Of a stretch of DNA of 58,168 bases, positions 37,503 to 45,050 are shown in pieces. The stretch covers positions 1 through 58,168 of IMG/VR virus record IMGVR_UViG_3300010354_000103; one strand, written 5' to 3'. Every line of letters starts with the position of its first letter. The first letter of the stretch is position 1. The position numbers were made by a program, and so were the translations under genes. The DNA comes from a virus. Its lineage: Duplodnaviria; Caudoviricetes. A model generated the notes under the pieces. That model had not been told where the DNA came from and searched no databases. It saw only the letters and a list, made by a program, of their open reading frames with translations.

Positions 37503-37606
37503 TACGGGGGTGATCAAATCCCCGACCTAAGTAAACTTAGGATTTAGCAGGTCGGATATGATGATCCCGACTAATATGATAGAATCGGATATTTCCAACC
37601 CTACCA
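37503..37606 (-). ncRNA. candidate structured RNA with four consecutive hairpins
   Basis: ggtagggttgga/tccgattctatc, gtcggg/tccgac, cctaag/cttagg, cgggg/ccccg; G-U pairs favour the minus strand. Confidence 0.5.
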
Positions 37607-37607
37607 A

Positions 37608-37681
37608 AGCCCACGGTCGGACTTGAACCGACGACCTACGGTTTACAAAACCGTTGCTCTATCCAGCTGAGCTACGGAGGC
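37608..37681 (-). tRNA. trnT: tRNA-Thr(TGT)
   Basis: Cloverleaf; acggt-ttTGTaa-accgt. Confidence 0.95.
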
Positions 37682-37682
37682 A

Positions 37683-37949
37683 TTAGTCATCCTGAGGTAA
37701 TAACTCAGGATTTTCTACTTGTAATTCAAACATCAAAGGATGCATTTCTTCCATTACTAAGTAGTTAGACCACTTATACAAATCTTCATCATCATAGTCT
37801 GGATGACATAATGCTTCTGTTTGAACAGAAGGATGATCTTGAACTAATTGTGGTAGTTCATCAAATGTATAAGGCAGTCCTTGTATGAAATACATACGAA
37901 CAACTTGCCCCATGTAAAAACAATAGTGCTGTGAAAGTGTGTATTTCAT
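37683..37949 (-). CDS. hypothetical protein, 88 aa, inside the tRNA cluster
   Basis: ORF with CTAAATA late-promoter-like site upstream (~37968-37974). Confidence 0.75.
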   Translation of the reverse strand: MKYTLSQHYCFYMGQVVRMYFIQGLPYTFDELPQLVQDHPSVQTEALCHPDYDDEDLYKWSNYLVMEEMHPLMFELQVENPELLPQDD

Positions 37950-37980
37950 TACGTTCCCACTACATTATATTTAGTGGGGA

Positions 37981-38064
37981 TAGGGAGAGGGGGACTTGAA
38001 CCCCCACGGGCAAATGCCCAACAGATTTTAAGTCTGGTGTGTCTACCGATTCCACCACCTCCCC
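37981..38064 (-). tRNA. trnL: tRNA-Leu(TAA)
   Basis: Cloverleaf with long variable arm; caga-ctTAAaa-tctg; no intron. Confidence 0.93.
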
Positions 38065-38077
38065 TGGTGATGAGACA

Positions 38078-38106
38078 ATCATAGCATGATCTGCTCAGAT
38101 TGTCAA
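38078..38106 (-). promoter_or_regulatory. sigma70 promoter TTGACA-N17-TATGAT inside the tRNA cluster
   Basis: Near-consensus boxes with 17-nt spacer, upstream of tRNA-Leu(TAA). Confidence 0.75.
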
Positions 38107-38107
38107 G

Positions 38108-38179
38108 TGGGAAATACTAGATTTGAACTAGTGACCTTTCGATTATCAGTCGAATGCTCTACCACTAAGCTAATTTCCC
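38108..38179 (-). tRNA. trnI: tRNA-Ile(GAT)
   Basis: Cloverleaf; ttcga-ctGATaa-tcgaa. Confidence 0.93.
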
Positions 38180-38183
38180 TAGG

Positions 38184-38256
38184 TGCTCCTTGAGGGGATC
38201 GAACCCACCTGAGACCGATTATGAGTCGGTTGCTTTCACCAGATAGCTAAAGGAGC
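38184..38256 (-). tRNA. tRNA with CAT anticodon (elongator Met or lysidine Ile2)
   Basis: Cloverleaf; accga-ctCATaa-tcggt; G1-C72 paired, so not initiator. Confidence 0.88.
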
Positions 38257-38258
38257 AA

Positions 38259-38330
38259 TAGGAATACTGGGAGTTGAACCCAGACTAACCCGTTATAAGC
38301 AGGCCGCTCTAACCATTAAGCTATATTCCC
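38259..38330 (-). tRNA. trnI: tRNA-Ile(TAT)
   Basis: Cloverleaf; gcctg-ctTATaa-cgggt. Confidence 0.88.
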
Positions 38331-38358
38331 ATGAAGCGATTAATTAACTATAATCGCT

Positions 38359-38484
38359 TCATATTCGCTCAAATAATCGAATCTTTAGAGCTTGTCTACG
38401 TCTTTTAGCATCTCTCATAGCTTGGGGCTTGAGGTGCCTTTTTTGTTCTTTCTTGCTGTGATGCTGCCAATTTGGAACTTTCAT
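38359..38484 (-). CDS. small basic protein, 41 aa (MKVPNWQHHSKKEQKRHLKPQAMRDAKRRRQALKIRLFERI)
   Basis: Manual translation; GAGG RBS; directly behind overlapping early and late promoters. Confidence 0.7.
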   Translation of the reverse strand: MKVPNWQHHSKKEQKRHLKPQAMRDAKRRRQALKIRLFERI

Positions 38485-38505
38485 GCTTTCCTCGACCCGT
38501 GTATG

Positions 38506-38539
38506 TATTTATAGTAGCACCATGGAGAGTGTCTGTCAA
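38506..38539 (-). promoter_or_regulatory. overlapping early (TTGACA-N17-TACTAT) and late (TATAAATA) promoters driving the tRNA cluster
   Basis: Reverse complement TTGACAgacactctccatggtgcTACTATAAATA. Confidence 0.8.
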
Positions 38540-38553
38540 CCCCCATGTGCCAC

Positions 38554-38582
38554 TTGACATGCTGCCACAAAATCAGTACAAT
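38554..38582 (+). promoter_or_regulatory. divergent sigma70 promoter TTGACA-N17-TACAAT with no downstream plus-strand gene
   Basis: TTGACAtgctgccacaaaatcagTACAAT. Confidence 0.65.
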
Positions 38583-38637
38583 AACTCTGTCAGGGTTCAA
38601 GAGATATTATAGCTCAACTTTTTTAGAGCTTTTATGG

Positions 38638-38680
38638 CGGAGATTTTTTTTCCGAATTCATGTAATTCAATATTGAATTT
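38638..38680. repeat. copy 2 of the palindromic element, containing AATTCAATATTGAATT
   Basis: cggagattttttttccgaattcatgtaattcaatattgaattt. Confidence 0.7.
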
Positions 38681-39873
38681 CAGTTTAGGTAAATAGCAGT
38701 CGCTTCAATAGATATCTTTGCTGGATTAACAGAAACTTTAGATGTCTTTCCAAAAGCAATTACCGTATCCTTTTCATTAATTTCTATGGATCCTAAAGCT
38801 TTACCTATGCTTGTTTTAAAAGTCTTTTCTGATAAATCTAATACTCCTAATTGTTTCCCTATCTCAACAGTAAAGTTTCCAATAGTAGAAGATATTTTTG
38901 CTCCACTGCCTGATAAAACACTATAAGCTGGAATAGTTTTGCTTTTTCCTGCTCCAACTTTAAGTAAATAATTTTCTTGTTGAGTTGATGCTGGTTTAGT
39001 TTCTAAACCATTGACTTCTACTTTATATTTTCCTTGTACTTTATCTGATCTATTTCCAGTAACTGATTCAGCATAATCTCCTGTGACACTGAGAGAATAA
39101 TTTTTTGTTACGGTGGATTTATAGTCACCAGTAACACCAACTTCGTAATTTCCATTTACAGTATATTTAATGCTACCTGGAGTATTAATGCTTGTAGAAG
39201 CACCAGGATGATACTGTTCATTGGAAACTTCTCCAGCACCTTCTGTAGACTCAACCCCAGTAATAGTTTTTTTGAATTGAGCAACGTTGAGATTTAAAGC
39301 ACCACCATTTATGTTAACTCTACCACTTTTACCTCCAGCTTCTATATTAATATCCTTTCCAGATTTTAAATTTAATGTACTAGCAGCATTAAGTGTGATA
39401 TTATCTCCTTTAATTGCTACTTCACCACCAACACATTCAATTAAAATGTCTCCATATACTTTAAGAGAGTATGCTGGTACTTTTTTCTCTTCTGTTGTTC
39501 CTTTGTCTGTTTTGGTTTTTGATATTTTACCGTCATCTTGTCTACCAGTAACCTCAATAGATACTGAAGAGTGTTTGTCAATTTTACCGCCCTTAGAGAC
39601 GTTAATCATCTTACCGCCACATCCAGACTGACCTGGAGCTCCAGCAGTAAAAATCATATTGTTTAATGTGTCGAAATGGATTGCCATTTCTCCATTAGTT
39701 TTTGCCCAACCATATTTTCCATCTAATGTATAACAACAGTTTAACCATCCAGCACCTTCTATTTGAGACCAAACTATTTTTGGTACTTCGCCATAACTAG
39801 GAACGTCACTTGAAGGTACTGAACCTTGTGTCTTTGATGGATCTGATTGAGGCTTGTTAGTAGGAGCAGTCAT
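38680..39873 (-). CDS. gp5 C-terminal-like beta-helix spike protein
   Basis: V.G.Y...V.G.Y 8-residue repeats; ends AIYLN; TAATG-coupled to the gp5 N-terminal gene. Confidence 0.75.
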   Translation of the reverse strand: MTAPTNKPQSDPSKTQGSVPSSDVPSYGEVPKIVWSQIEGAGWLNCCYTLDGKYGWAKTNGEMAIHFDTLNNMIFTAGAPGQSGCGGKMINVSKGGKIDKHSSVSIEVTGRQDDGKISKTKTDKGTTEEKKVPAYSLKVYGDILIECVGGEVAIKGDNITLNAASTLNLKSGKDINIEAGGKSGRVNINGGALNLNVAQFKKTITGVESTEGAGEVSNEQYHPGASTSINTPGSIKYTVNGNYEVGVTGDYKSTVTKNYSLSVTGDYAESVTGNRSDKVQGKYKVEVNGLETKPASTQQENYLLKVGAGKSKTIPAYSVLSGSGAKISSTIGNFTVEIGKQLGVLDLSEKTFKTSIGKALGSIEINEKDTVIAFGKTSKVSVNPAKISIEATAIYLN

Positions 39874-42800
39874 TATGGGCAGTCAATATATTTACCAGTT
39901 CCGATCTTGGCATAACCGTTACGCTCAAGATCTGCTATATCTAGGCAAGTTAGAGAAGCAATAACTCTAGCGCCAGATCCACCACCACCAATAATAGTAA
40001 CCGTTGGTAGTTCTTTATATTGTGTAACTCTATCTATAATTTCTATACTATAGAGGTATCCTTTCTCATTGATTCTTGCTCTTGCTCTTCCAGCAATGCC
40101 ATCAACATAAACATCTGGTTCTGATGTGTAACCTCTACCAGGATTTAATAATGTAAATGAATCAATAACACAATTTAAATTAGAATCAAAGGCAGTATTT
40201 TTACGGTATCCAATTCCGCCTCTAGTGACTCTCACCTCAGATACTTTTCCTTTCTCATCCAATAATGCTATAGCAGAAGCACCATAACCAGCACCTGTAA
40301 TAATAATCTTTGGTGGTTGTTGATATGGACAACCAGAATCTATAACAGGAATACTGATGATAGATCCCTTTTCATCTGTTATAGCAGATCCAAATGTTGG
40401 TGGATCGTAGCAAGGTTCTAGAATTATTTTTTCTTTTGGAGTAGTATCAGTTTCTCCTGTATTAACATTACCCAATATAATTACATCAGCAAAAGCATTT
40501 GTTCCACTAATAACACAACGTAAAGATTCATCTTTCTCTACAATCATGTCATCATTCAATGTTACATAAAATTTTGCTTGATTATTTGTGATTACAAAAG
40601 TTCCAGATAATGTTCCTCCTGTGATATCATTGCTATCAATATTTTCTCCAAATAAAACATACTGTAATGCCGAACCATCAGATATATTAGTTGTGGTAAC
40701 AGTGTAGATTACGGTTTCACTTTCTTTATAGTAGAATTTATCTGTCTGTATACTATATGTGGGTACATCAGGCGATGATGCTGGAGTTTCTGCTTGTGGA
40801 TTTATTATAACAATTTCAGAAGCACTGGTGTCATCAATAGTAAATGTTAATAATTCTGCTCCTTCTATTGTTGAATCTTCGGCAACTACTACTTCAACTA
40901 TTGCTTGATTATTTTGAATGACAAATGATCCAGTCAAAGATTGTCCTTCTATATCTGTATCTGAAACACCAGATAATGTATAATTTAATGTAGTATCATC
41001 ATCAACATTTGTTGTTGTAATTGTATATGTAATCGTTTCTCCTTCATCGACCGAAGCTTTATCTGCTTCAACAGAATATGATGGAGATGTTGATTCTTCT
41101 CCTAAGATAACTACTGATGTAAAGGCATTTGTGTTATCAATACTAAAGAACAATGTCTCATCAAAATCAATAGCGGGTCCAACATATGTATACACTGCTG
41201 TTCCCTCGGTGGCGGTCGTAGATTCTTGTGACACACCACTAAATGCTTCTGTACCACTAGTACCAGCAGTAATAATTCTATAACGATTAGATCCAACATA
41301 AACAAAATCATCTTGATCATATGTTTCATTAGCAGACCATTCAACTTGATCAAAATCTACATTGATTGCTAGAGGAACACTAACACTTGCTTTGTTATTG
41401 TTTATTGTAAATGTACCTGTCAAAGATCCACCAACTATATCAGATGAATTTATATTTTCACCGTCTATAGTGTAATTTAATATAGTACCATTAGAAACAT
41501 TTGAAGTGACAACATTAAAGATTATTGTTTCGCCTTCTTGATATGCAGTTTTCTTTGTTGAAACTGAATATAGTTGTAATGCTGGTATTGGATCTGGATA
41601 TATTGGAGGAGCAACAACTGGTTGTGTGCTAGTATTAATTGGAGGAACGATTGGTGGCGTGGTAGGTGGTGGAACTCCTGGTACTGTTGGGGGAACAGTA
41701 ATCACAGGTGCCCCAGAATAATCTAAAATTTCACATGTAAATGTTTGCCCTTCTGGGTAGTAATTAACATGCCCTGCTGGAATAGTTCCATCACTTAAAG
41801 AAAGTGTAAAGCTTTCTGTACCTTCTTCTGGTGAAGTAACTGGATCGAGCAAAGTTAAATATGAAACTTGTTTTGATGTTTCTCCTGGAGCAAAACCTAA
41901 AGTTCCTGAACTGGAAGTAACTGGTTGGAAATCTGTACCTAATGTCGCTGTACCATTTACCGTCGTGTAACTTACACTTGAAGATACAGTTGTGTTTCCA
42001 CTCCTTAATATAGTAAACGTTGCTGTAGTTCCTTCTCTGGCAATAATATTAGAGCATTGATATATAATTACTTTCTCTTGAGGTACTTCTGGATCAGTAT
42101 CTGATGGATTGTCTGGTGGTTCTTGAATACCACCAATAGGAATAATACTTGTTGATGTTTCTGGTGGTGCTTCTTGAGCATCTTCACATACAGAACCAGC
42201 CTCAGTTGGACCATCTTCTAACTGAGCAATCAAATCATCCAGCCAATCTCCTTTCTCATCAGTGCCACAATCTGTACATTCCTTCGTAACTTTTTCACAT
42301 TGAGATCCAGGACCATCACAAGATATCCCAAGCAACTCAAACACAGCATTGATAGCAGAACCAATAATATTTAAAGGGTCTGCTAATATTGAAAGCAATT
42401 CTTGAAGAGGTCCTAGAACAGAAGCCAATAACTCTTCAATCAAAGATAAAATTTGATTAATAATTCCTTCAACTAAAGAATCAACTAAACAAGCAGCAGC
42501 ATTATAAGCATCCATCAAATAACCCAAAAGTAAATCAGTTAACCACTGTGCTAATTGATCTGTAAGATCTGCTATACTACAACCAAGATCTTCTAATACT
42601 TTATTTACAGAATCTAAGATTGGTTTTAATCTACTTTGTTTTTTTGTAATCGGTGTGAAAGGTTTGATTCCTAAGTCTGGATTAACTGGTCCAGTATTTT
42701 TATTACCTAAATCATCTGTAGCTGCTACGTCCTCAGTTAATAAAAGTTGTACTAATTTATCTACACCATCTCTAATTAGTTTAACAATCTCTCCTTTCAC

Positions 42801-43631
42801 TCTGCTCATAAAGCTAGTCAATAACCTAATAGCTTTATTGACATATTCCATTCCATTATCAATGTATTTTGTCAACTCACCATTGATTTTGCTTACATAA
42901 TAATCTCCGAGTTGACCTCCTGACTGTTGATTGGCAGCAAGCATGTCACCGAGAATAGTAGTAAGTCCACCTTTTAAATCAGATTCTGATCCACATTTTG
43001 GGTTGGCAATTTCTACACAAACTTTAGAACCAGTTGGATTAGTAGCAGTGTTTTCCGAAAACAAACCATAAAAAGCTGCTGGTGGTGTATCTGTAGCGAT
43101 TGCTGGCAATCCAGCTTCACCAACCTTAGTATATTTTGTTTTATCTTTTGATGTATCTCCACCTTTCTTATCTTTTTCCTCGATCGGAGCATGGAGATAT
43201 GGATTAGAACTTGGATCTAAAAATGTCGTGAAAGATTTACAAGTTGAGTTTGGAGATGGATCTTTCTCTACATTTTTCTTTAAAGTAGCACCAGATGTAT
43301 GACCAACCGATCCCATAATGATTGGTTTTTGCTTGTCATTATCTAGATAAAAACCTACTACCCAATTACCTAATTTTAAATTTACAGTTCCCCCTGTTGT
43401 TCCACCATCAGTAAAAGGAACTGTAACAGGCATCATTACGTTTGCCCATGGCAAATCTTTGGATGCTGTAGCATCACAATCTTTTAAATGTTGACCAACG
43501 ATTCTTACCTTATAACGTCCAGATTTTTTAGGATCGTCGCCACTATTAGATTCAATCTGACCAACCCACCAGTTGAAACCATCAGAACCTATTTGATGTA
43601 TTGGAAATAGCGTAGATAATACTTGATCCAT
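39873..43631 (-). CDS. gp5: baseplate hub gp5-like protein (OB-fold N-terminus, Calx-beta and Ig-like repeats)
   Basis: GSDGFNWWVGQIE..DP..SGRYKVRI.G.H...LPWA...WVVGFYLD...KPIIMGS; GTLGFAPGETSK Calx-beta. Confidence 0.85.
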   Translation of the reverse strand: MDQVLSTLFPIHQIGSDGFNWWVGQIESNSGDDPKKSGRYKVRIVGQHLKDCDATASKDLPWANVMMPVTVPFTDGGTTGGTVNLKLGNWVVGFYLDNDKQKPIIMGSVGHTSGATLKKNVEKDPSPNSTCKSFTTFLDPSSNPYLHAPIEEKDKKGGDTSKDKTKYTKVGEAGLPAIATDTPPAAFYGLFSENTATNPTGSKVCVEIANPKCGSESDLKGGLTTILGDMLAANQQSGGQLGDYYVSKINGELTKYIDNGMEYVNKAIRLLTSFMSRVKGEIVKLIRDGVDKLVQLLLTEDVAATDDLGNKNTGPVNPDLGIKPFTPITKKQSRLKPILDSVNKVLEDLGCSIADLTDQLAQWLTDLLLGYLMDAYNAAACLVDSLVEGIINQILSLIEELLASVLGPLQELLSILADPLNIIGSAINAVFELLGISCDGPGSQCEKVTKECTDCGTDEKGDWLDDLIAQLEDGPTEAGSVCEDAQEAPPETSTSIIPIGGIQEPPDNPSDTDPEVPQEKVIIYQCSNIIAREGTTATFTILRSGNTTVSSSVSYTTVNGTATLGTDFQPVTSSSGTLGFAPGETSKQVSYLTLLDPVTSPEEGTESFTLSLSDGTIPAGHVNYYPEGQTFTCEILDYSGAPVITVPPTVPGVPPPTTPPIVPPINTSTQPVVAPPIYPDPIPALQLYSVSTKKTAYQEGETIIFNVVTSNVSNGTILNYTIDGENINSSDIVGGSLTGTFTINNNKASVSVPLAINVDFDQVEWSANETYDQDDFVYVGSNRYRIITAGTSGTEAFSGVSQESTTATEGTAVYTYVGPAIDFDETLFFSIDNTNAFTSVVILGEESTSPSYSVEADKASVDEGETITYTITTTNVDDDTTLNYTLSGVSDTDIEGQSLTGSFVIQNNQAIVEVVVAEDSTIEGAELLTFTIDDTSASEIVIINPQAETPASSPDVPTYSIQTDKFYYKESETVIYTVTTTNISDGSALQYVLFGENIDSNDITGGTLSGTFVITNNQAKFYVTLNDDMIVEKDESLRCVISGTNAFADVIILGNVNTGETDTTPKEKIILEPCYDPPTFGSAITDEKGSIISIPVIDSGCPYQQPPKIIITGAGYGASAIALLDEKGKVSEVRVTRGGIGYRKNTAFDSNLNCVIDSFTLLNPGRGYTSEPDVYVDGIAGRARARINEKGYLYSIEIIDRVTQYKELPTVTIIGGGGSGARVIASLTCLDIADLERNGYAKIGTGKYIDCP

Positions 43632-43632
43632 A

Positions 43633-45048
43633 TCACTTTACTTTACTCGAATAGTCCTTGATGCCATAAGTATCTCTAATCAATTCTAATTTTGTCATAC
43701 AGTTAAAAGTATTTAGAAACATATTGTTATGAGATAATTTAGATATCAAATATGTACCACTATTTTCCTCATCATATTGCTGAGTTTTTCTAGTTTCTTC
43801 TGCTGCTACGTTCGGAATTAATACTTTGATTTTATCCCCTACCTTTAAATTCATATTACCTGGAACAATTATTTCCATTTTTTGATTTTCCATTAAGTAT
43901 CTTCGTGCTATTCCCTGTGATACATAATACTTTTGATAGTCTGGGAAGTTTGATCCACCTGTAGTGCTATCTTTCCCCCTATCCTTTTCCTCATTTGATC
44001 CTGGTCCTTCACCATCGAACCATGTTTCATGATCTAAAATCATTGACATAACTCTAGTTGGATATTGTGATAAATCATTTTGAAACTGTGGTAGTTTTGT
44101 CTGACTACCTAGGTGAGACATTGCTTTAAATGTATCCGCCAAATTAAAAGTATATTCTTCATAGGCACCAGTAGAATAGTTATAGAAGACCATGTAAGTG
44201 GAATAGATTCCATTTCTCATTTGATCTACCATGTCAAGTTCATCGGTAAAAGTATACTCTTCTATAACATATAAGTTATTTTTATCTGCTTGATCTAAAG
44301 TTGGTTTGTAAGTATACGTCGCTACTGGTGGAGATCCTCCAAAAGTATCTGTTCCATCTGAGCATAATAAATCCATAGATTTAAATACAAATCCATCTTT
44401 ATTTTCAAAGAAAAGATATCCAGCAGTTCCCGATGCTGTTTCTGTATTAGTTGGTATAGAAGATTTGGAATCTGTTCTTTTACTTTCAGTTGATTTTGTT
44501 TTACTTGTCTTTGAATTTTTTGGAACTGCTTTGTATTGTATTGTTTGAATAATAGAATGAGCTTTCTTTCCGTTTGGATAAAAGTTTACATTATACTTTG
44601 CTGTTTCTGTATCAATTTTTTTCTTTGTATTGAGATACTTTGTCATAATATCTTTTACTATCTTGTCTGGCAATCCAGAAAGTTTTTCGGTAACTCTTAC
44701 ACCCTCATTGTATAATCCTTCTTTGGAAATCAAAGCGAGGTTATATGTCTGAACACTCTTTGAAAATTTTCTGTCATATACTTTCCATACATGTAATTCA
44801 TACTCAAATGTTTTTTCTTGTACATCTTTTATTTTTACATATACTTTTTCACCACCTTGTATAGGCATAGTACCAATTAAGTTGGATCCACTATCAACAA
44901 CATGTAAAACAGCAGAAACAAATGGAGAGAATATATCTTCATAGTAAGCAAAGGCAACACAAATTTTTGTGATGTCATACTCTTTTCCTTTGACATCTGC
45001 TATGGTTGCCTTTACTAAATTAATACTTTTATTACTAACGTTTGCCAT
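43633..45048 (-). CDS. probable baseplate hub protein (gp27-like)
   Basis: YYEDIFSPFVSA..V.DS, GYLFFENKDGFVFKSMD, VPGN..LKVGD.I...SGTYLI..L.H; lies upstream of gp5. Confidence 0.7.
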   Translation of the reverse strand: MANVSNKSINLVKATIADVKGKEYDITKICVAFAYYEDIFSPFVSAVLHVVDSGSNLIGTMPIQGGEKVYVKIKDVQEKTFEYELHVWKVYDRKFSKSVQTYNLALISKEGLYNEGVRVTEKLSGLPDKIVKDIMTKYLNTKKKIDTETAKYNVNFYPNGKKAHSIIQTIQYKAVPKNSKTSKTKSTESKRTDSKSSIPTNTETASGTAGYLFFENKDGFVFKSMDLLCSDGTDTFGGSPPVATYTYKPTLDQADKNNLYVIEEYTFTDELDMVDQMRNGIYSTYMVFYNYSTGAYEEYTFNLADTFKAMSHLGSQTKLPQFQNDLSQYPTRVMSMILDHETWFDGEGPGSNEEKDRGKDSTTGGSNFPDYQKYYVSQGIARRYLMENQKMEIIVPGNMNLKVGDKIKVLIPNVAAEETRKTQQYDEENSGTYLISKLSHNNMFLNTFNCMTKLELIRDTYGIKDYSSKVK

Positions 45049-45050
45049 TT

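Noticed and set aside
37981-38064. Group I intron in tRNA-Leu(TAA), as in many cyanobacteria
   Set aside because: The anticodon loop is contiguous, with no insertion
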